A stretch of 56,173 nt of DNA from Cyanobacteriota bacterium. Its GTDB lineage: Bacteria > Cyanobacteriota > Cyanobacteriia > PCC-6307 > Cyanobiaceae. The stretch lies in NCBI GenBank assembly GCA_046052125.1, contig JBJOMY010000008.1, positions 1 through 56,173 of the forward strand, given 5' to 3'. Below the pieces are notes generated by a model. The model did no database searches, was not told the DNA's origin, and worked only from the letters and a program-made list of their open reading frames with translations. This document shows positions 17,201 to 27,404 of this stretch, piece after piece (the stretch's first letter is position 1; each line of letters begins with the position of its first letter). A program made the position numbers and the translations under genes.

Positions 17201-19154
17201 TCAGCCGCCGTAGCAGCGCTCTGAACGCGCGCCACTCCGGTGGCGCCAAGCGCTCGGGCCAGGCGCCCGGGCGGCCATAGAGCCAGCCCTGGAAGCGCTC
17301 CTTGGCAGCAGAGCCTTCGGCGGGCCAGGCCCAGCGCAGCAATTGGTTCTCGTCCAGCTGGGGTTGCAGGGCCAGCGGCGGCAGATCTGCGTTGGGCGCC
17401 CGCAGCTGCAGCTGCTCCAACCAGTGGCCAGCCGGCAGTGCAACTGGATTCTCCAGGGCTGCTCCGCCTTCGCTCAGGGCGCAAACCTGAACCGGCCACT
17501 CGATGGGCAAGCCGGCTGGATCGCGGGCCATCAACGTGGCCGGTAAGCGAATCGCCAGCCAGGGGGTGGGATCGCCGGCGGCCGGATCTCGGCAAGCCCG
17601 AAGCGCCACCAGGAGTCCGAGGAGCGTGAGTGCACCCCACAGCAGTCCGAGCCAGCCACCGGCACTGCCGCCCTGGCTGAGGTTGCCAAGGATCCAGATC
17701 AGATTGAGGCCATTGAGCACCAGCAACACCACCAGAGGTGCCGCCAACACCGGTGCGATCGCAGCGCTGCTGCGCATGCGGTGCTTGGGGGTGATCCGAA
17801 ACGGTTGCACCTTTCCCCACAGGCTCGCCAGCACCGTGGCCGCCAGGGGCACCGCCAGGGCCCAGCCGGGCAGATCCGCCAGGAGGGCATGGCGGCTGCC
17901 GCGGTTGAGCCAGCCCACGCTGAGCAACAGGGCGATCCACAGGGGCAGCAGCAGTTCGATCACGGCTTGGCCCGTGAGCCTCACGGGCATCACATCCAGC
18001 CAGCCGATGCAGAGCGGCATCAGCAACAGGAGTAGCCGCGGCACGGTGTTGAACCAGTGCAGCGCGCCTTCCAGATAGGCCAGGCGCTGGCCCCAGCTCA
18101 GCCCTTTCAGCCGTAGCGGCCCTTGGCGGAGGCGGAGCGCTTGCAGGGTGCCCGAGGCCCAGCGCTGCCGCTGCCGCACGAAATCGAGCATGGTTTCGGC
18201 CGCGAGGCCGGCGCTCAGCTTTTCCCCCAGATAGCGCAGCTTCCAGCCGCGCGAAGTGAGCACCATGCCCGTCACCAGGTCTTCCGAGATCGCCTGCTCC
18301 ACAAAGCCGCCCACCTCCTCCAGAGCGCTGCGGCGCACCAGGAAGCTGGTGCCGGCGCACACCACCGCCTCCCAGCTGCTGCGCACCGGTTCGATCCAGC
18401 GGTAAAAGCTCTCCTCATCGGGTAGCAGCCAGGCCTCCATCGCCAGGTTGCGCATCACTGGATCGGCATTAAGAAAGTGCTGCGGGGTTTGCACCAGCGC
18501 CACCTGCGGATCGAGCAGCAGGCCGATCGTGCGCTCGAGAAAGTGCCGCTGGGGCACGAAATCCGCATCGAACACCGCCACCAGCTCGCCATCGCTCAGG
18601 GCCAGGCCGGCGTTGAGGTTGCCGGCCTTGGCGTGCTGGCGCTCGGGGCGGTGGTGGTAGCGGTAGCCGTAGCGGGCGGCGAGAGCGGCCACTTCAGGGC
18701 GGCCGGCGTCATCGAGCACCCAGAGGCGCCGCCGGGAGTAGCTCAGCTGGTCGCAGGCCAGCAGGCAGCGCTCGAGCACAGGGAGTGGTTCACCGCAGGT
18801 GGGGATCAGCACATCCACCCAGGGCTGCCAATCACTGGCCAGCCAGCGCCTCTGGGCGGCATCGGCCTCGGCTCGGCCATCGCTGAAGCGCCGCCAGGCC
18901 AGGAGCAGGGGCAGCAAACCGGTGAGGAGAAGCCACCCCTCAGCGAGCAGCAACACCACGCTCAAGCTCGCAGCCAGGGGTGTGGCGAGGTTGAGGCTGA
19001 AGGCCACCCGCCAGTGCAGGTAGCGCAGGGCGAGCAGCGCCAAAAGCAGCAGCAGGCTGCGGCGCATCCACAGCGGGCACTGGGCTTCGGGGCGCTGGCT
19101 GAGCCACAGGGGCCAGAGCAGGACCAGCCAGGGGAGCCACAGCTCCGCGTTCAT
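17076..19154 (-). CDS. Cellulose synthase-like GT2 processive glycosyltransferase
   Basis: DVLIPT.GE, LDD, HAKAGNLN, FDADF, QTPQHF, SED, QRQRW, FRITPK, multiple TMs. Confidence 0.88.
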   Translation of the reverse strand: MNAELWLPWLVLLWPLWLSQRPEAQCPLWMRRSLLLLLALLALRYLHWRVAFSLNLATPLAASLSVVLLLAEGWLLLTGLLPLLLAWRRFSDGRAEADAAQRRWLASDWQPWVDVLIPTCGEPLPVLERCLLACDQLSYSRRRLWVLDDAGRPEVAALAARYGYRYHHRPERQHAKAGNLNAGLALSDGELVAVFDADFVPQRHFLERTIGLLLDPQVALVQTPQHFLNADPVMRNLAMEAWLLPDEESFYRWIEPVRSSWEAVVCAGTSFLVRRSALEEVGGFVEQAISEDLVTGMVLTSRGWKLRYLGEKLSAGLAAETMLDFVRQRQRWASGTLQALRLRQGPLRLKGLSWGQRLAYLEGALHWFNTVPRLLLLLMPLCIGWLDVMPVRLTGQAVIELLLPLWIALLLSVGWLNRGSRHALLADLPGWALAVPLAATVLASLWGKVQPFRITPKHRMRSSAAIAPVLAAPLVVLLVLNGLNLIWILGNLSQGGSAGGWLGLLWGALTLLGLLVALRACRDPAAGDPTPWLAIRLPATLMARDPAGLPIEWPVQVCALSEGGAALENPVALPAGHWLEQLQLRAPNADLPPLALQPQLDENQLLRWAWPAEGSAAKERFQGWLYGRPGAWPERLAPPEWRAFRALLRRLISPGWGQRPRLSLVPQQLEPPPAPDRCGSGNHSGRSPASAS

Positions 19155-20164
19155 CCCAGCTGGGCCGCGGCGGCCTCAAGCAACGCTAGGGCGGCTGACG
19201 GGGTGGGAGCGCGCATCAGAGCATGGCGCAGCTGCGGGGCACCGGCGAAGCCGGTGCAGGTCCAGCTCATGTGTTTGCGGGCGATCAGCAGGCCGTGGTC
19301 GCCGCGGGCGGCCACCAGGGCTCGCAGTTGTTCGCTGGCCAGCTGGATCCGCTCCAGGGCGCCGGGGCTGGGCGGGATCGGGCGGCCGCTGAGGGCGGCA
19401 TCGATCTGGCCCACCAGCCAGGGGGCGCCCATGGTGCCGCGCCCCACCATCACGCCATCGACGCCGGTGCGCTCCAGGCAGGCCAGCGCATCCTCGGGAC
19501 TGTTCACATCGCCGTTGGCGATCACCGGGATGGTGAGGGCCGCTTTCACTGCAGCGATGGCGCTCCAGTCGGCCTGCCCCTTGAAGCCCTGCTCGCGGGT
19601 GCGGCCATGCAGGGTGAGCAGCTCGGCGCCGGCGCTCTCCAGTTGCCGGCACCAGCTCACCGGATCGAGCGTGCTACCGCACCAGCCCAGGCGCGTTTTC
19701 ACCGTGACCGGCACCGTCACGGCCGCGGCTACCGCTTCCACGATGCGAGCCGCCAGGTCGGGGTCGCGGATCAAACCGCTGCCGCCGCCCTTTTTGGCGA
19801 TCTTCTTCACCGGGCAGCCCATGTTGATATCGATCAAATAGGCGCCGGCCGCCTCGGCCCGCCGGGCGGCATCCGCCATGGCGGCCGGCCGGTGATCAAA
19901 CAGCTGCACCCCGATCGGCCCAGGCTCGCTGGCGAGCTCCTCCACCTTGATCAGGCCGTGGCCCAGCTCGAGGCTGGTGGCGTTAACCATCTCGGTGAAC
20001 AGCAGCGCATCAGGTGCCCAGCGCCGCACCAGGCCGCGGAAGATGCGATCGCTCACCCCCGCCAGGGGCGACTGCAGCACCCGGCAGCGCAGCGCCCGGG
20101 GGGTGCCGCGCCCGCTGAGTTGCAACGCATTCAGCTGCAACCGGGTGGAGGAGGCGGTGATCAT
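19151..20164 (-). CDS. dusB: tRNA-dihydrouridine synthase
   Basis: SPLAGVSD, TEMV, DINMGCP, TVKTRLG, HGRT, ANGD, GVMVGRG. Confidence 0.93.
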   Translation of the reverse strand: MITASSTRLQLNALQLSGRGTPRALRCRVLQSPLAGVSDRIFRGLVRRWAPDALLFTEMVNATSLELGHGLIKVEELASEPGPIGVQLFDHRPAAMADAARRAEAAGAYLIDINMGCPVKKIAKKGGGSGLIRDPDLAARIVEAVAAAVTVPVTVKTRLGWCGSTLDPVSWCRQLESAGAELLTLHGRTREQGFKGQADWSAIAAVKAALTIPVIANGDVNSPEDALACLERTGVDGVMVGRGTMGAPWLVGQIDAALSGRPIPPSPGALERIQLASEQLRALVAARGDHGLLIARKHMSWTCTGFAGAPQLRHALMRAPTPSAALALLEAAAAQLG

Positions 20165-20186
20165 GGTGCGTTGATTGTCGGACTCC

Positions 20187-20672
20187 ATGCCGATGCCTCC
20201 TGCAGAAGCCACCGCCACGCCTGCGGGCTACCCCCTGAGCCGGGCGCTGCTGGAGGCGGTGCTCGCCGATCGCACCAGCGACCGTTTCGTGTGTGAACTG
20301 ATCTGGCCGCGCCTGGGTTACGAGCCAGACGGCTCCGGCGTCTGGAGCGCGGGCCCGGCCACAGAGGCCAGCTGGCGGGAGTCGTTTCCGATTGAACCGC
20401 AGTTCATCGCCCTGCGCCCTCCCTCGGTGGCGCTGACCCGCTCGATTCCCAAGGAGCACAAGCAACTGCTGAAGGAGCAACTCGGCTTCGGGGGTTACCG
20501 GATCGGTGAGCTCTATCCGCGCCGCACTCGCCGTGCCACGGCGGTGAACTGGCTCTTGGCCCACCTGGCCCAGCGGGGTGAGCCGCTGCCTGAGAGCGGC
20601 CCGCTGCCCGAATTGCGCGAGCAGCCCGTCGATCCGGTGGCGGGCCACCCGGGCGATTTGCCGGTGAGTTGA
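20187..20672 (+). CDS. DUF1823-like conserved cyanobacterial protein
   Basis: LGY..W..FP..RPPSV.LTRSIPKEHKQLLKEQLGF.GY..PRRTRRATAVNWLL. Confidence 0.78.
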   Translation: MPMPPAEATATPAGYPLSRALLEAVLADRTSDRFVCELIWPRLGYEPDGSGVWSAGPATEASWRESFPIEPQFIALRPPSVALTRSIPKEHKQLLKEQLGFGGYRIGELYPRRTRRATAVNWLLAHLAQRGEPLPESGPLPELREQPVDPVAGHPGDLPVS

Positions 20673-20685
20673 GGCATCGCCAACC

Positions 20686-21792
20686 TCAGGGCATCAGGTT
20701 GGTGATGCGCATCGGTTGATCCAGGGACATGGTTTTGATCTGTCCACCTGCCAGGGGCAGCTGATCAAACCTCAGGCTGCGCAGGTCGGGGTTGTCATAG
20801 GTCTGGATGTAGTAAACGAGGTTTTTCATGTCGGCCACCACCGTCCACTCGGTGATTTCGTAGCTCGCGGATGTGTTGGCGCCGCCGTAGGCGCTACCCA
20901 CCGGAAGATTGATGCTTCCGGGTGGCAGATCGAATTGCCCCAGGATGCGAAAGGCGGTTCCCACCTGCTGCTGCGTGCTCAGATTGGTGGGTGCGAAGCG
21001 GGCGAAGGTGAAGGCTTGCACGAAGCGTGAGGAGGAGAGGAAATCTCCTGGCAATCCATAAAAGCCTTCGCCGGAGCTGGAGGCAGGCAAGGCCGTCCCG
21101 CCCACCTTGAGGGTGGGAGCAGGATTGTTGCTCATGTTGGCGGCATTACCCACACTCGCCAGCTGGAAGGCCAAGGGTGGATTGTTGGTGTAAACGCCCG
21201 TGGGGTTGTCCTTCAGTTGCAAGGCGCCGTCGATGTATTCCACCGAGAGCGAGCGCCCCTGGTTGTCATGCAGGGTCATGTGAATCCCCACAGTGCCGCC
21301 GAAGGACCCCAGCGGCGCTCCATTCACGAGCACCTTCGGTAGCCCGGCCTTGACCTCGTCCAATGTGCCGAACTGACTGAGGACGTAGGTGAGCATTTGC
21401 CAGCTCACGATCGAGTTGCGCGCCTGAGCGGCAGAAACGTTCTGGTACTTCGCCCAGCCTGGGAAATTCAAGAGGCCACCAGAGAGCCCCTTTTCATTCA
21501 TGCCGTCGACCACCATGTCGAGGCCGAAAGCATTCAGGCCAGCCACGGCATAGCGCGTGGTCCACGGTTTGCCGCTCCCGGCCTTGCCGTTAGGGCCAAC
21601 ACCAACCATCTTCGTGCCGCGCTGGATCAGGATCGCCTTGCTTTGCATGGGCATCCCGAATTCCATCGTGCGGCCGTAGACGCGCCCGTTGTCATTCCCC
21701 TTCAAGGTGAAGCTTGTGCAGGCCTGGCTAGTGCCCGTTTGCAGGGCAGAGAGAGCCAAGGCCATCAGGGCCGCTTGGGCGCGCTTGAGCAT
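20686..21792 (-). CDS. Secreted choloylglycine hydrolase / penicillin V acylase family Ntn-hydrolase
   Basis: Signal peptide ending SQA then CTSF nucleophile, GRTMEF, DGMNEKGL, TNNP, LPGD..S.SRF. Confidence 0.88.
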   Translation of the reverse strand: MLKRAQAALMALALSALQTGTSQACTSFTLKGNDNGRVYGRTMEFGMPMQSKAILIQRGTKMVGVGPNGKAGSGKPWTTRYAVAGLNAFGLDMVVDGMNEKGLSGGLLNFPGWAKYQNVSAAQARNSIVSWQMLTYVLSQFGTLDEVKAGLPKVLVNGAPLGSFGGTVGIHMTLHDNQGRSLSVEYIDGALQLKDNPTGVYTNNPPLAFQLASVGNAANMSNNPAPTLKVGGTALPASSSGEGFYGLPGDFLSSSRFVQAFTFARFAPTNLSTQQQVGTAFRILGQFDLPPGSINLPVGSAYGGANTSASYEITEWTVVADMKNLVYYIQTYDNPDLRSLRFDQLPLAGGQIKTMSLDQPMRITNLMP

Positions 21793-21832
21793 GGTTGGCC
21801 GAACAGGAATGAGTACCTGATGTCTAGCGACT

Positions 21833-22216
21833 TCAGGTTTGGATGGTTACGGGTGTACCCACGGGGGTGTTTTCAAACAGCCAGCGGGCATGGGGGCTGG
21901 GGATGCGGATGCAGCCATGGCTGCGGGGCACCCCGAAGGGTTCGCCGGCGGCCTCCTGCCAGGGGGCGCCATGCATGCAGATGGCGCCGTTCTCGGTGAT
22001 GCACATCGCCCAGGGCACGCCAGGCGCCACATAGCCACGCCCTTGCATGGTCACCGTGCGGTGTTTGGTGAACACCTGGGCGCTGCCGGTGGGCGTGGGT
22101 GAGGAGGCCTTGCCGGTGCTCACCAACACCGTGCGCACCAGCTCCTGATTGGGGTTGTACACATACAGCTTCTGGTCGGACAGGTCGACCACGATCGATG
22201 CGATCAGCTCGAGCAT
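21833..22216 (-). CDS. L,D-transpeptidase (YkuD domain)
   Basis: [26 protein letters not shown]. Confidence 0.9.
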   Translation of the reverse strand: MLELIASIVVDLSDQKLYVYNPNQELVRTVLVSTGKASSPTPTGSAQVFTKHRTVTMQGRGYVAPGVPWAMCITENGAICMHGAPWQEAAGEPFGVPRSHGCIRIPSPHARWLFENTPVGTPVTIQT

Positions 22217-22357
22217 GGGGGCAGCCGCCGCAGGGGGCGGGGCTCAGAACACCCATGCCCTAGCGAGACTCAGTGCGTCGCAAAGCGCGACCCATGGAAA
22301 GATTTCGGCTTCGGCTGGCCTGTAGGGTCAAGTCACGACAGTTGTTGTGATACCCGC

Positions 22358-23722
22358 TTGGCTCTGCCAGTCGTTGCGATTATTGGCCGCCCCAATGTGG
22401 GCAAATCCACCCTGGTGAATCGTCTCTGCAAGAGCCGCGAGGCGATCGTGCACGACGAGCCCGGTGTGACCCGCGATCGCACCTATCAAGACGGCTACTG
22501 GCGCGATCGCCATTTCCGCGTGGTGGATACCGGTGGTCTGGTGTTCGACGACGACAGCGAATTCCTGCCGGAGATCCGCGAGCAGGCCAACCTGGCGCTC
22601 TCCGAGGCCTCCGTGGCGGTGGTGATCGCCGATGGCCAGCAAGGGCTCACGGCGGCGGATGAATCGATCGCTGAATGGCTGCGCGGCCACAACGTGCCGG
22701 TGTTGTTGGCGGTGAACAAATGCGAGTCGCCGGAGGCTGGCCTCTCGATGGCGGCGGAGTTCTGGAGCCTCGGCCTGGGTGAGCCTTATCCGATTTCCGC
22801 CATCCACGGCGCTGGCACCGGCGACCTGCTCGACAAGCTGGTGGATCACCTGCCGCCCACCGAGGAGCTCACGGGCGAGGACCCGATTCAGCTGGCGATT
22901 GTGGGTCGGCCCAACGTGGGCAAATCCAGTCTGCTGAATGCCATCTGCGGCGAGAAGCGGGCGATCGTGAGCCCAATCCGCGGCACCACCCGCGACACGA
23001 TCGACACCACGATTGAGCGCGAGGGCCACACCTGGAAGATCCTCGACACCGCCGGCATCCGCCGCAAGCGCTCGGTGAGCTACGGCCCTGAGTTTTTCGG
23101 GATCAACCGCAGCTTCAAGGCGATCGAGCGCTCCGATGTGTGCGTGCTGGTGATTGATGCCCTCGATGGCGTCACCGAGCAGGATCAGCGCCTGGCGGGC
23201 CGCATCGAAGAAGACGGCCGCGCCTGCGTGGTGGTGGTGAATAAGTGGGATGCGATCGAGAAGGATTCGCACACCATGCCGGCGATGGAAAAGGAGCTGC
23301 GCGCCAAGCTGTACTTCCTCGATTGGGCACCGATGCTGTTCACCTCGGCCCTGAGCGGCCAGCGGGTGCAGAGCATCTTTGCGGTGGCCGCGGTGGCGGT
23401 GGAGCAACACCGCCGCCGGGTGAGCACCTCAGTAGTGAATGAAGTGCTGCAGGAGGCCGTGAGCTGGCGCTCGCCACCCACCAGCCGCGGCGGTCGCCAG
23501 GGCCGCATCTATTACGGAACCCAGGTGGCCGTGCGGCCGCCCAGCTTCACCCTGTTCGTGAACGATCCCAAGCTCTTCGGCGACACCTACCGTCGCTACG
23601 TGGAACGGCAGATCCGTGAAGGCCTGGGTTTTGAAGGTTCTCCCCTCAAGCTGTTCTGGCGCGGCAAGCAGCAGCGCGATGCCGAGAAGGATCTGGCGCG
23701 GCAGCAGGCCCGCGGCCGCTGA
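22358..23722 (+). CDS. der: Ribosome biogenesis GTPase Der/EngA
   Basis: Two GRPNVGKS P-loops, DTGG/DTAG, NKCE/NKWD. Confidence 0.97.
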   Translation: MALPVVAIIGRPNVGKSTLVNRLCKSREAIVHDEPGVTRDRTYQDGYWRDRHFRVVDTGGLVFDDDSEFLPEIREQANLALSEASVAVVIADGQQGLTAADESIAEWLRGHNVPVLLAVNKCESPEAGLSMAAEFWSLGLGEPYPISAIHGAGTGDLLDKLVDHLPPTEELTGEDPIQLAIVGRPNVGKSSLLNAICGEKRAIVSPIRGTTRDTIDTTIEREGHTWKILDTAGIRRKRSVSYGPEFFGINRSFKAIERSDVCVLVIDALDGVTEQDQRLAGRIEEDGRACVVVVNKWDAIEKDSHTMPAMEKELRAKLYFLDWAPMLFTSALSGQRVQSIFAVAAVAVEQHRRRVSTSVVNEVLQEAVSWRSPPTSRGGRQGRIYYGTQVAVRPPSFTLFVNDPKLFGDTYRRYVERQIREGLGFEGSPLKLFWRGKQQRDAEKDLARQQARGR

Positions 23723-23758
23723 GGCTGTGCGCATGGAGCCTTCGGCGATTCGGGCCTG

Positions 23759-24667
23759 ATGGATTGGTTGCGGCAGATCCCCATCGGCCAATACGTCGAT
23801 GGCACCGGCAGCTGGCTGCGGGAGCTTGACCCGCGCCTGAAGCTGGCCTGGACGCTGGCTTTCCTGCTCACGCCGATCCTGGCTGGGCCCTGGTGGCGGC
23901 TGGCCCTGGTGGGCTTACTGCTGTTGATCACGGCGTTGAGCGGTTTGCCCTGGCGGATCTGGCGCCGCACCCTGCCCTTGCTGTTAGCCCTCTCGCTGCT
24001 GGTGGGGATGCTCGCCACCCTGCTTCCGGCTGGTGCGGCGTCGGGCGGTCAGCGCAATCGCCCGCCCCAGGAGCTGCGCCTCGCCCCCAGCGATCTCGGC
24101 CAGCGCTGGGAGTTGCTCCGCTGGGGCCCGATTCAGCTGGGCCCTGTGCCCTTAGGGCCGCTGGTGATCACCCGGCGTTCTGCGGAGCTCGGGCTGAACA
24201 GCGCCACGCTGCTGTTCACCGTGATTCACAGCGCCAACCTGTTGCTGCTCACCACGCCCCCGGAAGCGTTGGTGTGGGGGCTCAGCTGGTGCCTCATGCC
24301 CCTGGCGCGGCTGGGGGTGCCGGTGGAGCGCCTGGGCTTCACGTTGCTGCTCTCGTTGCGGTTTCTGCCGCTGGTGCAGGAAGAGTTTCAGAACCTGCTG
24401 CGTTCGGTAGCCACCCGTTCCGTGAACCTGCGCCAGCTGGGGTTGCAGGGTTCGCTGGCGCTGGTGTTGGCCCTGGGTGAACGGTTGCTGGCGAATGTGT
24501 TGCTGCGGGCCGAGCAAGGGGCCGATGCGTTGCTGGCTCGGGGCGGGCGCTGGATCGCTCCGGCTCAGTTATTGCGCGACCCGCTGCCCAGGCGGCCTCT
24601 GCAATGGTTTGGCGCTGTGGGGGTGCTGGTGTTGCTCGGTTTGCGTTGGAGGTACGGTGACCTCTGA
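23759..24667 (+). CDS. ECF transporter T component (CbiQ/EcfT family)
   Basis: IGQY..LDPRLKL, LTT.PE, LRFLP, TM-rich. Confidence 0.85.
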   Translation: MDWLRQIPIGQYVDGTGSWLRELDPRLKLAWTLAFLLTPILAGPWWRLALVGLLLLITALSGLPWRIWRRTLPLLLALSLLVGMLATLLPAGAASGGQRNRPPQELRLAPSDLGQRWELLRWGPIQLGPVPLGPLVITRRSAELGLNSATLLFTVIHSANLLLLTTPPEALVWGLSWCLMPLARLGVPVERLGFTLLLSLRFLPLVQEEFQNLLRSVATRSVNLRQLGLQGSLALVLALGERLLANVLLRAEQGADALLARGGRWIAPAQLLRDPLPRRPLQWFGAVGVLVLLGLRWRYGDL

Positions 24668-24703
24668 TTTGGTCGGCGACGGTACAGACCGCGTGAGCGC
24701 TTC

Positions 24704-24970
24704 GTGAGCACAGAGCGTTATCTCAACCACCCCACCTTTGGCTTGCTCTACCGCGTGGCAGAGGCTGGAGAGGGGCGCGATCTCTACGTGACGCTCTATG
24801 CCCAACGGATCTTTTTTGTGGTCACCCTGCAGGAGCGCGGTGCGCAATTTGAGGTGATTCCGTTGATGGATGCCCGGCATCTGGCCGAGCAGAACCTGGC
24901 CCGTGCCCGCCGCGAGGGGCCTGAGGCCCACACCCGCTGGCGTCAGCTGTTCGATAAAACGTTTATTTGA
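24704..24970 (+). CDS. pipX: PII-interacting protein X
   Basis: ERYLNHPTFGLLYRV..TLYAQRIFFVV..F..TF. Confidence 0.94.
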   Translation: MSTERYLNHPTFGLLYRVAEAGEGRDLYVTLYAQRIFFVVTLQERGAQFEVIPLMDARHLAEQNLARARREGPEAHTRWRQLFDKTFI

Positions 24971-24979
24971 TCCTCAGCC

Positions 24980-25651
24980 GTGAGTGAGTCAGCGGCAGCC
25001 CGCCTGGAGGCCATCCGCGCCCAGCTGCCACCGGCCTGCAACCTGCTGGCGGTGAGCAAGGGGCAGCCCGCCGCCGCGATTCGCGAGCTCGCCGAGCTGG
25101 GGCAGCGCAGTTTCGGGGAAAGTCGCCTCCAGGAGGCCACGAGCAAGCAGGCGGAGCTGGCGGATCTCGGCCCCCTCGATTGGCACTTCATCGGCCATCT
25201 GCAGGCCAATAAGGTGCGGCCAGTGCTCAAGCAATTCGCCTGGGTGCACTCGGTGGATTCGTTGGCGCTGGCCCAGCGGGTGGCCCGGATCGCCGTGGAG
25301 GAGGCGCTGAATCCGCGCGTGTTTCTGCAGGTGAAGCTGCGGCCTGACCCCAGCAAGGGTGGTTTTGAGCCTGAGGAGCTGCGGCGCGTGTGGCCCGAGC
25401 TGCGGGCCCTGGAGGGGCTGCAGCTGGTGGGGCTGATGACCATGGCTCCGCTCGGACTCCAGTTGCCGGAACGCCAGAGCCTGTTTGCAGACTGCGCCGA
25501 GCTGGCCAGGGAGCTGCAACTGGAGCAGCTCTCGATGGGGATGAGCGGCGATTGGAGGGAGGCCGCGGTGGCCGGCAGCAGCTGGGTGCGGATTGGATCC
25601 GCTCTTTTTGGCCCGAAACCCTTGTCAGTGCCGGTGCGGGACGCTATCTAG
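24980..25651 (+). CDS. pipY: PLP homeostasis protein YggS/PipY
   Basis: [37 protein letters not shown]. Confidence 0.93.
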   Translation: MSESAAARLEAIRAQLPPACNLLAVSKGQPAAAIRELAELGQRSFGESRLQEATSKQAELADLGPLDWHFIGHLQANKVRPVLKQFAWVHSVDSLALAQRVARIAVEEALNPRVFLQVKLRPDPSKGGFEPEELRRVWPELRALEGLQLVGLMTMAPLGLQLPERQSLFADCAELARELQLEQLSMGMSGDWREAAVAGSSWVRIGSALFGPKPLSVPVRDAI

Positions 25652-25679
25652 GCTTATTGCCAAAGACCGAGGTTCCACG

Positions 25680-26234
25680 GTGTCGTTGCTCTCCCGCCTG
25701 CGTGCTGTTGTCTCCGGTGACGACTACCTCGATGGCTATGACGACGATCTCGATTACGACCACGGTGATGTGCCGGAAACCGGCAGCACCATTCCGTCAG
25801 GCGCTCTAGCGCTCACCAGCGATTTCGACAGCGTTGATCCGTTTGCGGGCAGCAACGTGATCGGCATGCCCGGGATTTCCTCCTCGGCCGCTGAGGTGAC
25901 GCTGATGGAGCCCCGCAGCTTCGATGAGATGCCCCGCGCCATCCAGGCCCTGCGCGAGCGCAAGACCGTGATTCTCAACCTCACGATGATGGAGCCGGAT
26001 CAGGCTCAGCGCGCCGTGGATTTTGTGGCCGGTGGCACCTTCGCGATCGACGGTCACCAGGAGCGCGTGGGCGAAAGCATCTTCCTGTTCGCCCCCAGCT
26101 GCGTCACCGTGACCACCGCTGCAGCGGAAGAGCCTTCCTCCCCCACGGTGGTGTCCCGCGAGGTGAGCCAGGAGCCTGAGGCTGCACCGGCTCCCGCCTG
26201 GGGCCGCGAAACCTACGGCGCTAGCGTCGGCTGA
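25680..26234 (+). CDS. sepF: Cell division protein SepF
   Basis: [28 protein letters not shown]. Confidence 0.93.
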   Translation: MSLLSRLRAVVSGDDYLDGYDDDLDYDHGDVPETGSTIPSGALALTSDFDSVDPFAGSNVIGMPGISSSAAEVTLMEPRSFDEMPRAIQALRERKTVILNLTMMEPDQAQRAVDFVAGGTFAIDGHQERVGESIFLFAPSCVTVTTAAAEEPSSPTVVSREVSQEPEAAPAPAWGRETYGASVG

Positions 26235-26250
26235 GCCACGCCTTGCTCCC

Positions 26251-27090
26251 TTGAGCAGCTTTTCCCCCAGCACCTTCGGGGTGATCGGCCTGGGCCGCAT
26301 GGCCCAGGCCTTGCTGTTTCCACTGGTGGAGAGCGGCCTGGTGCCGGCGGCAGGCGTGCGGGCCGCTGTGGCCAGCCAGGCCTCAGCCCAACGCCTGGCG
26401 CAGCAACGCCCCGATCTGCAGATCGGTCTCGATGCGGCTCCGGCCTGGGGGGCGGAGGTGGTGCTGCTCGCGGTGAAGCCGCAGCAGCTGGAGGCTGTGG
26501 CGGCGGCGGTCCCTGCTCCGGCGGCGGTCCCTGCTCCGGCGGCGGCCGGCGAACAGGCACCCCTGCTGATTTCAGTGTTGGCTGGGGTCACCGTGGCCCG
26601 GCTGCAGCGGCTGTTCCCCGGCCGGCGCATTGTGCGGGCGGTGCCCAACACGCCCTGTCTGGTGCGGGCGGGTCTCACCGGCCTGGCCTGGGGGGATGGC
26701 GTGGCGGCTGAGCAACGGGCTTGGGTGCAGCAGCTGTTTGCCCAGGTGGGCGAGGTGCTCGAGCTGCCTGAATCGCAGCTGGATGCCTTTCTGGCCCTCA
26801 CCTCATCGGGGCCAGCCTTTGTGGCGCTGGTGGCGGAGGCGATGGCCGATGGCGCGGTGGCCGCAGGCTTGCCCCGGCAGCAGGCCCACCACCTGGCCCA
26901 CCGCACCTTGGCGGGTACGGCGGCATTGCTTCAGGAGCAGCAGCTCCATCCAGCCCAGCTCAAAGACATGGTGAGCAGCCCCGGCGGCACCACCATCGCC
27001 GGGATCCGCGCCCTGGAGAGCGGCGGATTGCGGGCGGCCCTCATGGAGGCGGTGGTGGCTGCGGCCGAACGCAGCCGACAGCTGGGCTGA
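26251..27090 (+). CDS. proC: Pyrroline-5-carboxylate reductase
   Basis: IGLGRMA, LAVKPQ, RAVPNTP, SGPAF, VSSPGGTT. Confidence 0.95.
   Translation: MSSFSPSTFGVIGLGRMAQALLFPLVESGLVPAAGVRAAVASQASAQRLAQQRPDLQIGLDAAPAWGAEVVLLAVKPQQLEAVAAAVPAPAAVPAPAAAGEQAPLLISVLAGVTVARLQRLFPGRRIVRAVPNTPCLVRAGLTGLAWGDGVAAEQRAWVQQLFAQVGEVLELPESQLDAFLALTSSGPAFVALVAEAMADGAVAAGLPRQQAHHLAHRTLAGTAALLQEQQLHPAQLKDMVSSPGGTTIAGIRALESGGLRAALMEAVVAAAERSRQLG
26503..26538 (+). repeat. Perfect 18-bp in-frame tandem duplication in proC
   Basis: GCGGCGGTCCCTGCTCCG twice, encoding AAVPAP AAVPAP. Confidence 0.9.
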
Positions 27091-27109
27091 AGACAGAAGT
27101 CCTCAGTCT

Positions 27110-27131
27110 GCGTATTATTGCGTTAATACGC
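27110..27131. promoter_or_regulatory. Palindromic operator upstream of the TA operon
   Basis: GCGTATTA-N6-TAATACGC, AT-rich, 15 bp before the antitoxin ATG. Confidence 0.65.
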
Positions 27132-27146
27132 CTGGTGTTGGCGGCG

Positions 27147-27404
27147 ATGCGAACCGTCTCTGTCCGTCTGGATGATGCCAGTGAGGCTCGGCTGGATGGT
27201 CTCTGCCAGCAGCTCGGCCTCTCGCAGACCGATGTGCTGAAGGCTGGTCTGGAGCTGTTGCAGCATCAGCGCCAGAGCCCGGCGGCGTTGGCGGAGTCGC
27301 TCGATTTGGAGGGGTGTTTTTCTAGTGGAGATCCTGCGCATGGCCGTGAGCATGCCGATCGCATCCGTCAGAAGCTGCGCCGGCAGCACCAGGCGCAGCG
27401 ATGA
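27147..27404 (+). CDS. RHH/CopG-type antitoxin
   Basis: MRTVSVRLD..RLD.L..LGLSQTDVLK ribbon-helix-helix pattern; ATGA overlap with the PIN gene. Confidence 0.8.
   Translation: MRTVSVRLDDASEARLDGLCQQLGLSQTDVLKAGLELLQHQRQSPAALAESLDLEGCFSSGDPAHGREHADRIRQKLRRQHQAQR

Noticed and set aside
22358..27090. der-ecfT-pipX-pipY-sepF-proC cluster
   Set aside because: Well-known conserved cyanobacterial synteny, not novel.
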